Source: Chiloscyllium plagiosum
Lineage: Eukaryota
Length of the DNA: 64,000 bases
NCBI RefSeq assembly: GCF_004010195.1
Contig: NC_057736.1
Coordinates: 22,338,831 to 22,402,830 of the forward strand
Direction of reading: 5' to 3'
How positions within the stretch are numbered: position 1 is the stretch's first letter; the number at the start of each line of letters is the position of its first letter. Below are positions 40,557-52,567 of the stretch, one piece after another. The position numbers and the translations under genes were made by a program. A model generated the notes under the pieces. That model made no database searches, had not been told where the DNA came from, and worked only from the letters and a program-made list of their open reading frames with translations.

Positions 40557-41265
40557 CTGAAATATTGAATAACTAGATTGTCACTATTCATTGCATGTAA
40601 TATGAATTAATATTAAGAAACTGCAATGAAGTATATCCTAATGAAATACAAATATCATATGAAAATACTTCGCAAATGAGGCTGGTCAAAAATTAATATC
40701 ATCTCTCTGGTTGTTCTAAATGTCACTGCACTTCAAAGCATGTAAAGTACTTTGAGATGATTTTTAAGGTGTATCCCAATGTTATACAAATGGTAGAATG
40801 CAGGAGAAACCTCTTTACCTCAAGATCTATAATAATGTTTAAATACAGTAACATAGTTTTTTTATTAGGCAATGCACATGCTGACTTGCCCATGGTCGAG
40901 AGGACAGAAAGCATTAATATTTGTTGTTTCCAAGGGGGAAAGAATCACTAGTGTACCAACATTTCCCACAGTGAAACTGAGGCATGCTAGTTTGAGTGGC
41001 AGTGAACATAAGGAAAACATTTTTAGTTAGCTGAAGTTAGATGACTCAGGTAATAGTTCGAGGATTTTTTTTGCATTACTGTATTTAGAAATAAAGATAA
41101 ATTATATAATTCAAGAAAAATATTTGTGGAAACACCAGGATAATACTTAGAAACTCATGAATTTTAGTCCTTTGGATAAAAGTTAAAGAGTTCTCACACT
41201 GTCAGTAACACAAGACTAGTGGCCTTACTGGCTAAAAGGTGGCATTAAAAAAGGACAGAATATTG

Positions 41266-41485
41266 ACTGAAAACAACAAATGTTGGAGATCACAGTGGTT
41301 CAGAAGGCATCCATAGCAAGCTAACATTTCGAGTCTAGATGACTCTTCATCAGGGCTGAAGTGAAGTATGGAAGGTACAGCATTTACTTGCTCTCTCTCC
41401 ATGGATACTGTCTGACCTGCTGTGATCTCCAGCATTTGTTGTTTTCAAATTATATTCCAGCATCTGCAGTAATTTGTTCCTCACA
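41266..41485. mobile_element. Short inverted-repeat Penelope-like element (third family)
   Basis: aaaacaacaaatgttggagatcacag vs ctgtgatctccagcatttgttgtttt inverted arms around a hammerhead motif. Confidence 0.65.
41319..41357 (-). ncRNA. Minimal hammerhead ribozyme motif (PLE family C), partly decayed
   Basis: Minus strand AGCC-CTGATGA-A-GAGTC-atcta-GACTC-GAAA-TGTT-AGCT. Confidence 0.6.
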
Positions 41486-41523
41486 CAGAATATATCTTTG
41501 GATTACCATTTCCTCATCCTTAC

Positions 41524-41646
41524 CGGATAGACAACTCCAGCTATCAGTTGGAAGATCAGCCACTGAGGATATATCTCCACCGTACTTTGATGTGCTCGTT
41601 GGATGCAGTTGAATAGTGGATCCTTATCACTGTACATGTTTGGATA
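41524..41646 (-). CDS. MGST3: MGST3-like exon 2 ([41 protein letters not shown])
   Basis: 123-nt phase-0 exon with the FNCIQRAHQ signature of MGST3. Confidence 0.93.
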
Positions 41647-41786
41647 CTGGAAGGAACTATTATGCATTATTACCAAGCTAATGTATGATTGCATGACTAA
41701 ATTCCAGAACTCTTATGCAAGTTTCAGCTTTTAAAATGTCCATCGTTAAAGACAGTGAGTAAGAAATTAATCTAAATAAATCAGGC

Positions 41787-42030
41787 ATAAGGGGCAACTG
41801 TTTCACACAGAGGGTGGTACGTGTATGGAATGAGCTGCCAGAGGAAGTGGTGGAGGCTGGTACAATTGCAACATTTAAGAGGCATTTGGATGGGTATATG
41901 AATAGGAAGGGTTTGGACGGATATGGGCCAGGTGCTGGCAAGTGGACGAGATTGGGTTGGAATATCTGGTCGGCATGGACGGGTTGGACCGAAAGGTCTG
42001 TTTCCATGCTGTACATCTCTATGACTCTAT
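41787..42030 (+). mobile_element. CR1/HER1-like 3' end
   Basis: VWNELPEEVVEAGTIATFKRHLD plus tail ctctatgactcta. Confidence 0.9.
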
Positions 42031-44659
42031 AATCTGAGTAAACAGAACAAAGCTTTCCAGAAATGCTTCAAATTACTTGGGCAGTTCATAAACTAGTGCA
42101 TTTTAATGCACTGTAACGGTGAGATTAAGAATTCAAAAAATGTCTTCCAATTAAAATCTTTTCCTTCGAACCTAAAATTAGCAATTCTTGTTGAAGTCCA
42201 CCTGGAGGAAGTATAAGTCAAAGTAACCAAATTTATTGAATGACTCCAAAATGAAGAAATTTACAACAATTCACTCTTCATAGAATTTTCTTTGAACATG
42301 AATCCTAATCAATGTAAATTAAAATTGAATTAATGGGCATGTGATGCTTCAACTAAAATGGTCAATTTTAAATAATCAAACAAAGATACTTAACAAAAAC
42401 ATCCCAGTTCATGTTTTGGCTACTTGTGGAAAACAGCCAACTCTTGAGGGTGTCTAAGCTATTCATATTGCTTCCCAGATTTTAGTTATTCACACATTAC
42501 ATCCACAAGCTCCACTTTCTTTTGTGCCAACAGAGAAACTGATGCTCTTCCTCACACAAGAATTCTCAGTTCCCCTTTCTGTCTCCACCTGCTTACTGTT
42601 TGTGTCTGCATCTGACCCTTCACCTTCACCCACCAATAGCTGCTCTGCTTTTAGCTCCCCATTGTAGCTGCAGCTCTCTGCCAGCCACATGCCTTCTTTT
42701 GTAACTTTCTTCCTGTTGGGACTGCTTCCAAGTTAAGGGTAATTGGGTCATTTGGGTCAGTATTCCTTGTTATCCATAAAATTTACTACTGATCGCCTTA
42801 CAGTTGATGCAAACCTTTAAAAGTCCACTTCAAATATCCTTAAAAACAATTACAGATTTCTTGGGCACGTTTTTGTAAGGTTACAAATTTTCCTTCCAGT
42901 ACTGTTTCTGGATGAAAGTTTAGCTCACTGTGAAAATTGCAGTAGCTCTGTTCTAACCCACTGTATACCAACTACAACTGGAAGAGCAGTTAAGTTGGTA
43001 GAAATACAAATAATACCCTCTTAATTGCATAACTTGAGTTTCAATACCAAATTCTACTAAAGTAGAACATTTCTATGACTGATTCTTAGACAGCTTAACA
43101 TGGAAAATTCCTGAACATGTGGTCTTTTATAAACAATAAATACTTGGGGTATGAAGGGAATCTAGTCATATAAACTTATTTTATTCTTTCGCAGTATGTG
43201 GAGGTCACTAGTTAGACCTCCAATTATTACCTATCCTTTTTTGCCCTTGAGAAGGTGGTGGTTAGCCTCCTTCTTGAATTGTTGCAGTCTATGTGGCATA
43301 GGTATATCCACAGATGAGATGACAAGTTGTTGGAGCTACAGTGCAGAACTACATGCCAGCTAATTAGAAGCAGCATACAACTGATAGAGAGAAGCCATCC
43401 CACAGTCATGGATCAGAACAAATCTCTGCATGCCTGCCTCTTGCAGATATGAATGATAACAAGCACTTAAACAACTGACAGGAGAAGAGGTCTTTGTGAG
43501 CTTTTTCCATTCTCAATGCCAGTAGAGACCAAAACATGAATGCAAAACACAAGGTTGAAGCAATTGGAACCATCTTCAGCCAGAAACGCTGCATAATCCA
43601 TTTCAGCCTCTTCCTAAGATTCCTAGAATCAAAGAATCCAATCTTAAAACAGTTTGATTAATTCCACATCACATAGAGAAATGGCTGAATGCTTTAGTTA
43701 CAACAAAGGCTATGGTCCAACCAATATACCAGCTGCAGTGCTGAACATGTGTGCTTCAAAACTAGATGTGGTTCTAGCAAAGCCATTTCAATACAACTAC
43801 AACATAAACATCTACCTGACAAAATAATTTTAAAAATTCCAAGTATGTCTTACCCACAGAAAGCAGAAAAAATCTATTTACTAATTCATCAGAGTAGTCT
43901 CATACACTGGAAAGTGACGGGAGCTGTCATTGATAGTGCTTAAAGCTACACTGTCATCAATTTAATTTGCTCACCAATATCAGGACCATTTGCTTCAAGA
44001 CCTCTCCATAGCTTAGCTCCAACCATTCATAAAACAACTGAATTATGCTGAGATGAATGTGATTTCACTTGGCACAAAGATATGATGTAGTGTGACATCA
44101 GGAGTCTGCTCAAAAACAATGTCAATGAGAATCGTGGAGAATTTTTCACTGGCTGAAATCATACCTAATGCAACTTTGGGGGCTAATCAACAGCGTCAGG
44201 ATAGTACTGCAGAGTTTCACATGATAGTATTCTAAACTCAACCATCTTCAGCTGTTTCATAAATTATCTTTCTGTCCACTGTAAGGTTGAAAATGAAGAT
44301 GTTCACTTATTATTACAGTGTTCCATTCTATTTTCAACTCCTCAGAAAATGAAGACATTGAGGTTTTGGGCTGGTAAGTAACAAGTGACACTTTTGTTTT
44401 ATATTGCTTCCTGGGATGTAATTTTCCATCCATTATTGCCCTTAGGAAAATAGTAGTGAACTGCCTTCTTGAACCACTATAGTCCATGTGCTGTACATCT
44501 TCAATGCTGTTAGGAAGAGTTCCAGGCTTTTGATCCAGTGAAAGTGAAGAAAAAGCAACATGGTTCCAAGTTAAGGTGGTGTATGCCTTGGAGGGGAATT
44601 GTAGTGACAGGTAATGACCATCTCCATCAAGACAGAGTTTAACTAGCTAACATTACAGA

Positions 44660-45460
44660 GATCTTAATCAATTGGGTCAATGCCCTGAGGAGTGGCAGAT
44701 GGACTTTAATTTGGATAACTGTGAGGTATTGCATTTTGGTAATACAAACAAGGACAGGACTTGTACAATTAATGGTAGGGCCCTTCGTAGTGCTGAGAAC
44801 AGAGCGATATAAGGACTCAGGTACATAATTCTTTGAAATTTGCATCACAGATAAACAGAGTGATTAAGAAGGTGTTTAGCAAGCTTGCCTTCACTACTCA
44901 GATCTTTGAGTATAGGATTGGGACATCATGTTGAGGTTGTACGGGACATTGGTGAGGCCTCTTCTGGAATACTGTGTGCAGTTCTGGTCGTCCTACTATA
45001 GGATGGATATTATTAAACTGGAGAGGGTTCAGAAAAGATTTATGAAGATGTTGCCAGGAATGGAGGGGTTTGAGATATAAAATTACACTGGAAAGACTGG
45101 GACTATTTCCACTGGAGCATGGGAGGTTGAGGGGTCACCTTATTGAGATTTATAAAATCATGAGGGGCATAGATAAGGCGAATGACAAGGGTCTTTTCCC
45201 TGGGATTGAGGAGTTCAAAACTAGGAGCATAGTTATAAGGTGAGAGGAGTGAGATTTAAAAGGGACATAATGGGTGATCTTTTAATGCAGAGAATGGTTT
45301 GTGTGTGGAATAAACTGCTGGAAAAAGTGGTGGATGTAGGTACAGTTACACCATTTAAAAAGACATTTGGATAAGTTCATGACTAGGAAAGGTTTGGAGG
45401 GATATGTGCCAAGCGCAGGCAGATAGGACTTGTTTAGTTTAGGAACACTGTCAGTGTGGA
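44660..45460 (+). mobile_element. CR1-like LINE 3' fragment (diverged subfamily)
   Basis: gaggcctcttctggaatactgtgtgcagttctggtc.., agggttcagaaaagattt.. RT C-terminal nucleotide motifs. Confidence 0.85.
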
Positions 45461-45936
45461 TTCCCCTTGATATTAATGAGACATCATAATAGAATCCCTC
45501 ATCGTCAAGACATATAAATCTTGTGTCAACAAGAACAGATATAAAGCTGAATTTTCTGAGACAAGTGTCATATTTGCTTACTTGCCAAAGCTTTTCCACC
45601 ATCAACAAGGCACAAATGGCTGATAATGGGATGCTTCTTCATCAGAATATTTGTGACAAACAGGGAATGTTTTGTTTTTCGTTTAAAGTTTTCTGTTCAC
45701 CTAATTTCACCCATTTTTTGTTGTTAATAGCTAGTCAGCTGTAATTTAATCCACTCCTACAGACCTTTCACCTGAACAGTGGTTATGTTCCAATGAAACA
45801 TCAGTATTTTTTCCATGAATTATTCTGAAATTATCAGCCACATATTTTGTAGAAAATAGATTTATAATTTTTTTCTATTCAGATTTTCTAAGGCTGTAAG
45901 TAACTGAAGGGACATCTGTGGTGTAGAGGATTATGA

Positions 45937-46050
45937 GAAAACGAGGACTGCAGATGCTGGAGATCAGAGTCAAAAAGTGTGGTGCTGGAAAAGCACAGCA
46001 GGTTAGACAGCATCCGAGGATTTGACTGTTTCAGGCATAAGCCCTTTATG
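45937..46050 (-). mobile_element. Penelope-like terminal fragment
   Basis: gaggactgcagatgctggagatcagagtc..gtggtgctggaaaagcacagcagg..gtttcaggcataagccc. Confidence 0.7.
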
Positions 46051-46134
46051 AGCAATTACGACAATTCTAGAAGAAGCAAACAAAGAAAAGCCTTTTCCAA
46101 TAGCAGGTGACACAAGAACTACACAAGGACTATC

Positions 46135-47065
46135 GAGTCATAGAGATATTCAGCACGGAAACTGATGCTTCGATCTAACTCGTCCATGCTGACCAGATAG
46201 CCTATATAAATTTGCCAGCATCTGGCCTATATCCCTCTAAACCCTTCCTATTCATATACCCATCCAGATGCCTTTTAAATGTTCTAAATGTGCCAGCTTC
46301 CACCACTTCCTTGAGCTACTCAGTCCACATACGCACCACCCTCTTCGTGAAAAAGTTGCCTCTTAGGTTCCTGTTATATCTTTCCCTTCTCACCTTTACC
46401 TTATGTTTTGGACTCCCCCACCCCAGGTACTTACCCTATTCATGCCCCTCATGATTTTATAAACCTCTATAACGACACCCCTCAGCCTCTGACCCTCCAG
46501 GGTAAATAGCCTCAGCCTATTCAGCCTCTCCCTATAGCTCAAACCATCCAAGCCTGGCAACATCCTCATAAATCTTTTCTGAACCCTTTCAAGTTTCACA
46601 ACATTCTTCCTACAGTATGGTGTCCAGAATTGCAAACAATACTCCAAAAGTGGCATAACCAATGTCCTGTATAGCTGCAGCATGACTTCCCAACTCCCAT
46701 CATCAACACACTGACCAATAAAGGCAAGCACTGTTGCTGGGGTGGTACGGTGGCTTAGTGGTTAGTACTGTTGCTTCATAGTACCAGAGACCTGCGTTCA
46801 ATTCCCACCTCAGGCAATTGTCTTTGTGAAGTTTGCACATTCTCCCTATATCTGCATGGGTTTCCTCCCACAGTCCAAAAATGTGCAGGTTAGGAGAATT
46901 GGTTAAATTGCTTGTAGTGTTAGGTGAAGGGGGGAAATGGGTTGCTCTTCAGAGGGTTGGTGTGGACTTGTTGGGCTGAAGGGCCTGTTTCCACACTGTA
47001 AGTAATCTAATGCCTTCTTCACTATCTTATCTACCTGTGACTCCACTTTCAAGGAACTATGAATC
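46135..47065 (-). mobile_element. CR1/HER1-like 3' fragment interrupted by an HE1 SINE
   Basis: PLLEYCLQFWTP..LERVQKRFMRMLPGL; continues after the SINE at 47010. Confidence 0.88.
46739..47010 (+). mobile_element. HE1-like V-SINE
   Basis: tRNA-like head, V-domain remnant, gggctgaagggcctgtttccacactgt tail. Confidence 0.85.
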
Positions 47066-47650
47066 TGGCAGATTTGTGGTTTTGACAAAAGATGTAAGGG
47101 GAACATATGGAAGAACCATTTTATTCGGTGTGATAATGACCTAGAAACTGCTGCATGAAGGTTGGGTTGATCAATCAGTGATTTCAAATCAAATTTAGAT
47201 GAGCAGTTTTAGGGAATACAGCAAAAAAAATTAGACTGAATGGAATGTCCTATAGAGAGAGCTGGATATGATCATTGCCTCCTTATGTTATATAATCACA
47301 CAATGACTGAATCAACATTTGAGTCCTATCACTGGAAGTTCAGTCAGAGGCCATGGAGCAGAAACCCAAAAGTCACCTTTCAAACTGGAGGCTATTAGAA
47401 AATCCTAGATTCTTTAAATTGCAAACCTTCCAAAATAACCAGAGCTGAAAATTTCATTTTTAAGAAAAAATTGCAAAGACCTGAGCAAAGGATGAATTAA
47501 AAATAAAGAGACAGCGCATGGCCAAGGGGCAATGGGCAGGAATGTGGACACTTTACATTGGTTAGAGCCTGGTTGTAACAATCAGGGTGTGGTGACAGTA
47601 AAGCTGGCGAGTGAGGCCTGTGCTGATGGTGCAGTGTCTTTCTCCTTTAC

Positions 47651-47806
47651 CTTGACATTGTATTTCTTCCTGGCAAGGCCCACTTTCAATCCCAGGTAGG
47701 CCAACATGACCCAGCTGTAGATAAACACCAGGATCACATAGCCGAAGTGCGGGTGTATGAGTTGGTTCGAGTGGGCCTGAATATTCTGCGTGGGAACGTA
47801 TTGCAT
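47651..47806 (-). CDS. MGST3: MGST3-like first recognisable coding exon (MQYVPTQNIQAHSNQLIHPHFGYVILVFIYSWVMLAYLGLKVGLARKKYNVK); start uncertain
   Basis: GYV.L..V..ARKKY.V motif; donor GTAAAG. Four exons give 151 aa. A possible acceptor at 47786-47788 makes the ATG uncertain. Confidence 0.85.
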
Positions 47807-47957
47807 TAGAGACGATGGGGTCCACAGCGACTGGCAGAGGGGTTCCCTGGAGACTCGAACCAAAGGGGTCGGAAACCGAGCCCCCCTCCGGGTCGGGCAG
47901 CCGTCAGCGACCCCTCTCGCTCTACCAGAGGCACTGCAGCTCCTGGAGGACCGATCC

Positions 47958-47968
47958 TGCGCATGCGC
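47958..47968. promoter_or_regulatory. NRF1-type site in the CpG-rich 5' region of the MGST3-like gene
   Basis: TGCGCATGCGC within a GC/CpG-rich patch at 47820-48030. Confidence 0.55.
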
Positions 47969-48362
47969 TTTACGAGGTGTCCGGGCTGAGGGAGAGGAGA
48001 GTGGCACCTGGCAAGGACAGGGACACTTCTGCCAGTCCACTCAAACCTGAGCAGCTTCACAGAAAAACACCCATGGGACACACTGAAATAGCTCGGATAC
48101 TGGTTCTGAAGATATTACACTCGAAACGCCAACTATTGTTTTTTCTTGATCTCCCTGCACAGACCAGCTGGTTAGCCCCAGCATTCCCTGTTCTTAATTA
48201 TATGGGACATAATTGTTATTAAAAATATTTCAAAACTTTATTCATAGAAAATACATACATAGTCACGAATGCAGTTCGGTTCTGTACAATAGCATGTGAA
48301 GGAAACAAATAAAATTGAATTTGACCCTATCCAAACAAACCAAGGACATCTCTTATATATGC

Positions 48363-48542
48363 TGAAAATGTGTTGCTGGAAAAGCGCAGCAGGTCAGGCA
48401 GCATCCAGGGAACAGGAGAATCGACGGCTTATGCCCGAAACGTCGATTCTCCTGTTCCCTGGATGCTGCCTGACCTGCTGCGCTTTTCCAGCAACACATT
48501 TTCAGCTCTGATCTCCAGCAACTGCAGACCCCACTTTCTCCT
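48363..48542. mobile_element. Miniature hairpin Penelope-like insertion with 16-bp TSD
   Basis: Near-perfect inverted arms; CATCTCTTATATATGC at 48347-48362 and 48543-48558. Confidence 0.8.
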
Positions 48543-49429
48543 CATCTCTTATATATGCAAAACTACTTACATGCATTTGAAATACTAGGGAACATACTGA
48601 TGAGCAACATAACAATGGCTTATTTTTATGCAGGTTCATTGCCACATGAGATAGAGTTGGACTTCATATTGTTTAGACACATAAAAATTAAAGACACACG
48701 AAAACACGTTCCTAATTAAAGGTCAGAGAATGAAAATCCATGTAGGAGACTTTGATTTTATGATTGTGCATTGTAGTGACTATTTACCTCAGTAGTCCTT
48801 TACAGGGCAAGGTGGTTGTGCAATCATGTAATGGTAATGCTTGCTTCTTATCTATCATTTATCTATTTTTATATTATCTATTGCAAACGTAGCTTTTCGT
48901 GATTGTTTGTATTTGTCACCACAGTAAAGAAGCAGTATTGTTTACTGCTGTGTATTGCGTCAACCAAACAAATGCTGATTCTGCTGAAGGGGACGGGTTT
49001 TGTTGTGTGGGGGCCGTGGGGGCAAGTCAGTGACTACTGATGACAATGAAATCGACAGTTAGCAGGAGTAGATGAGAATTTGGAATTCTAAATACCATCA
49101 GACCAGTCTTTATTTTGTTCACAGCAGGCTCGTGGGGCCGAATCGGCTTCTGCTCCTATTTTGTGTGCACTTTTATTTAAAATAGGGGGTTAATAAACTA
49201 AAACATCACGCCCAGAGTGTAAAATTCAAATAAAGTTTTTTAAAATGCGAATGGTGTAATGACATGTATTTCAAATGAAAGAAGCTTTGAGACGGGTTTC
49301 AAGCAGTATTTACAGCTAAAGCATTAACATTATCTTCAAATTCCTTCTAGAATTTTCTGTGTATTTGTTTGTTTCAGACTTGCAGCATGTGCAGCATTTT
49401 ACAGACGCCTGCGTCTTCTTGTTGATTGA

Positions 49430-49690
49430 CAGCGCATGTGACCAATGAGGCGTCGAGTCGCCGGCAACTGCGCGGGCCACATCGTGACTGACAGCTCCAT
49501 AAACCAATAGAAAGAGAGGTCCTACCAGCACCCACCGTTCTATAGGCTAATATCGCAGGCAGTTTCCAAACAAACGAATAGAGACGGCGATCACGGAGCG
49601 ATAGCCAATGAGAAAGGGAGGTGGAGGCGGGTTCCTGCGATCAAATAGGTTATAAAAAGGGCGAGCTCAGTGCGATTGCCGCAGTGACAA
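49430..49690 (+). promoter_or_regulatory. RSRP1 promoter
   Basis: CpG-rich; CCAAT boxes at about 49442, 49504 and 49605; GC box GGAGGCGGG; TATAAA 49651-49656. Confidence 0.75.
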
Positions 49691-49691
49691 G

Positions 49692-49765
49692 ATGGTGGTG
49701 GTTATTGATGGTCACGTTTGTGGTAGTCCAACCGCATCTAAGGTTCAAACCGCCCATTATACTCG
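49692..49765 (+). CDS. RSRP1: RSRP1 exon 1, putatively coding (MVVVIDGHVCGSPTASKVQTAHYT)
   Basis: Strong Kozak AAGATGG about 40 nt after the TATA box; donor GTGAGT; stays in frame through exons 2 and 3. Confidence 0.55.
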
Positions 49766-49924
49766 GTGAGTCTTTTTCAGTATATGAAGGAGGCGCGCTA
49801 TTAAAAAATGTTCTTCCATTGAAAATTTCTTGAGAGGGGTATGGATGATGTAATTCCGTGAAACGGTTTAAACTTTCGGCCTAGGGTCTGACGCAGTTTT
49901 GACCAACTGGCGAAATGAGGGGGG

Positions 49925-50585
49925 AATGAGATGGTTTGAGTTGGGATCGAGATTTTGTTGGCTCGGGTTGTCGAGGTCTGTGACAGATGTAGAGCATCGT
50001 TTAGGTTGCCGTAGCAAGTAAGGTGCTATTTGGGGGAGTGGGGCCACAGCTAATGGGTTGGGCTGTGGGGAAGAGAATGGAATGGAGTGGGGCCAAAGTC
50101 AATGGGTTGGGCTGTAGTAGGGGGGAGAATTGAGGGGGGCAATGAGATGGTTTGAGTTGGGATCGAGATTTTGTTGGCTCGGGTTGTCGAGGTCTGTGAC
50201 AGATGTAGAGCATCGTTTAGGTTGCCGTAGCAAGTAAGGTGCTATTTGGGGGAGTGGGGCCACAGCTAATGGGTTGGGCTGTGGGGGGGAGAATGGAACG
50301 GAGTGGGGTCAAAGTCAATGGGTTGGGCTGTAGTGGGGGGGGGGGAAGAATGGAGTGGGGTCAAAGTCAATGAGTTGGGCTGTGGGAGTTGAATAGAGTG
50401 GGGTCAAAGTCAACGGTCTACATTAGTGGTGCTGGAAAAGCACAGCCGGTCAGGCAGCATCCGAGGTGCAGGAAAATCGATGTTTCGGGCAAAAGCCCTT
50501 CATCAGTCAATGGGCTGGGGAGGGGGTGAATGGAGTGGGGTCAAAGTTAATGGTTTGGGCTGTGGGGGCAAGCTGAGTGGGGTCA
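49925..50585 (+). repeat. 216-bp tandem duplication plus G-rich ~40-bp minisatellite in RSRP1 intron 1
   Basis: The sequence starting at 49925 recurs almost identically at 50141; repeated gaatggagtggggtcaaagtcaatgggttgggctgt units. Confidence 0.85.
50426..50506 (-). mobile_element. Penelope-like terminal fragment with hammerhead motif
   Basis: Minus strand CTGATGA-A-GGGC-tttt-GCCC-GAAA-CATC. Confidence 0.7.
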
Positions 50586-51193
50586 ATGTGCATTTTTCGA
50601 AGTGTACTCTTAAAACAATTGTGGAAGCTTTAAGTGCTTGTTTGTTTCCTGTTTTACGGTGTCATAATCAGGTTTAACCTGTTTTTTCTATTGTTAAAAC
50701 TAAAGTTGTCAACATGAACCATTTTCATTGTTTTAATTTTCTGTGAAATGAGAAGCTGGATTTCTGCATAACGGTGTTTACACTGGTGAAAGCCAAGCCC
50801 TGCTGACTCATTGTAGATTAGCTCTGTCCTCTGGCCAATTGAAATCCTTAAGCAGTGGGGAATTTTCTAGAAAGTGACTCACTTGGGTGGTGATGTAGCT
50901 AAGTGACATAGGCACTTGTCTTTCGCTTTAGGTTTAAAGATAATCACTAACTTATCAAATGAATGGAATGAAAAGGCTCCAGTGTAATAGCATCTTGCAT
51001 TGTATGATGTAAAGCATTGCAATATGCTTCACCAAAGTAATCTTACAATTTTAAAAAAATCAATCGGATAGTGCGGGTGATAACATTAATTAATGCGAAG
51101 CTTAGATGGTTAAAGGTATCAGTCAAAGGAAGGGCAGGAAACCTATATTGTCAGGCAGTTGGAGTAGTCGAGCGATGTATGGCATGAGACTGG

Positions 51194-51264
51194 TTTTTGC
51201 CCGAAACGTTGATTTTCCTGCTCAGATGCTGCCTGACTTGTGCTTTTCCAGCGCCACTCTAATC
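51194..51264 (+). mobile_element. Penelope-like terminal fragment
   Basis: ttttgcccgaaacgttgattttcctgctc..gcttttccagcgccactctaatc. Confidence 0.65.
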
Positions 51265-51471
51265 GTGATGCTAATTTAAATAACTCGAGTTAAGACTTTG
51301 ATTGTTCTGGGAGCAGTGGAGACACTTGTCATGTAAGCAGTTTCAGGGGTAATGCAATTTAAAATGAGGTGAAGTTTCTGGAAGGATTTTGGATTTACTG
51401 TTTAAAAATCATGTTCTAGTATTATAATTCCAAACCAAGCTTTGCCTATAATATGTATTTTTTTGTTACAG

Positions 51472-51524
51472 GCTAAATTCCTCTAATCTTTCCTGGGAAA
51501 CTCTGGAAGAGAAATCCAGCTATG
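51472..51524 (+). CDS. RSRP1: RSRP1 exon 2 (53 nt; LNSSNLSWETLEEKSSY if coding)
   Basis: Strong acceptor ttttttgttacag and donor GTAAGT; open in the frame linking exon 1 to exon 3. Confidence 0.55.
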
Positions 51525-52278
51525 GTAAGTTTTAGTTGTAGTTGAAAATCAGTGAGTCCAGCATTCCATAATGCCCAAGAGAAACTGTTTAGAGTTAGGG
51601 AATAATTTTTGTACTAAACAATCAGTATTCATTTGAGTGAAGGCATTGTTAATGTAATGACAAGGATTCATTCAGTGTGAATTTATTTTTCCTCTTAGGT
51701 TAATGTTGGAACTGGAGTGAGGTATTTGAGAGCTTACCATTATTTAGCACTGTTAATGGATAATAGAAATAAAACTGTTTCATAACTCAGGTTTTTGTGC
51801 TGTTGATTTGTGTATGCATTCCAAAAAAATGCAGTCCCAAAATGTCTCTTTCCAATTGTGTACCAGAGGCTAATGCTGACTGAAGGGGTTGTTTAGTTCA
51901 GCTGGATAGATGGTTGGTTTGCGATACATAGTACTGTCAACAGCATGGGTTCAATTTGCCCACCTTGTGTTTACTGTGAATTGCACACTCCAATCCCTCC
52001 CTTGCCTGAAGTATGGTGATCCTTGGGTTAAATTCATCACCAGTCATCCCTCCTTAATGAAAGGGAGCAGTCTGTGGTCTGGTAAGACTATGGCAACTTG
52101 CATTAACGTTTAGTGCTGACTGATTATAAATCCGATCAGTTCTAGTGCATGGAGCACAAATGTCTGGTGGCATCAATATATAGAGAAATGCAACATTGCT
52201 GTAGCACCAAAATATGCAGTACCTGTTAAAAGCATTTCTCTGCTTTAAAATTAATGGCAAAAGAATACTTCAAAAATG

Positions 52279-52567
52279 GGACAGTGGCACAGTGGTTAGC
52301 ACTGCTGATTCACACTGCCAGAGACCTGGGTTCAAATCCCGCCTTGGGCAACTGTGTGGAGTTTGCACATTCTCCCAGTGTCTGCGTGGGTTTCCTCCCG
52401 CAGTCTAAAGGTGTGCAGGTTAGGTGAATTGGCCATGCTAAATTGCCCATAGTGTTAGGTGAAGGGGTAAATGTAGGGAAATGGGTCTGGGTGGGTTGCT
52501 CTTCAGAGGGTTGGTGTGGACTTGTTGGGCTGAAGGGCCTGTTTCCACACTAAGTAATCTAATCTAT
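52279..52567 (+). mobile_element. HE1-like V-SINE
   Basis: A-box GTGGCACAGTGG, B-box GGTTCAAATCC, V-domain, CR1-like tail. Confidence 0.88.

Noticed and set aside
52279-52345. tRNA genes at SINE heads
   Set aside because: A/B boxes run directly into the V-domain and LINE-derived tail, so these are SINEs.
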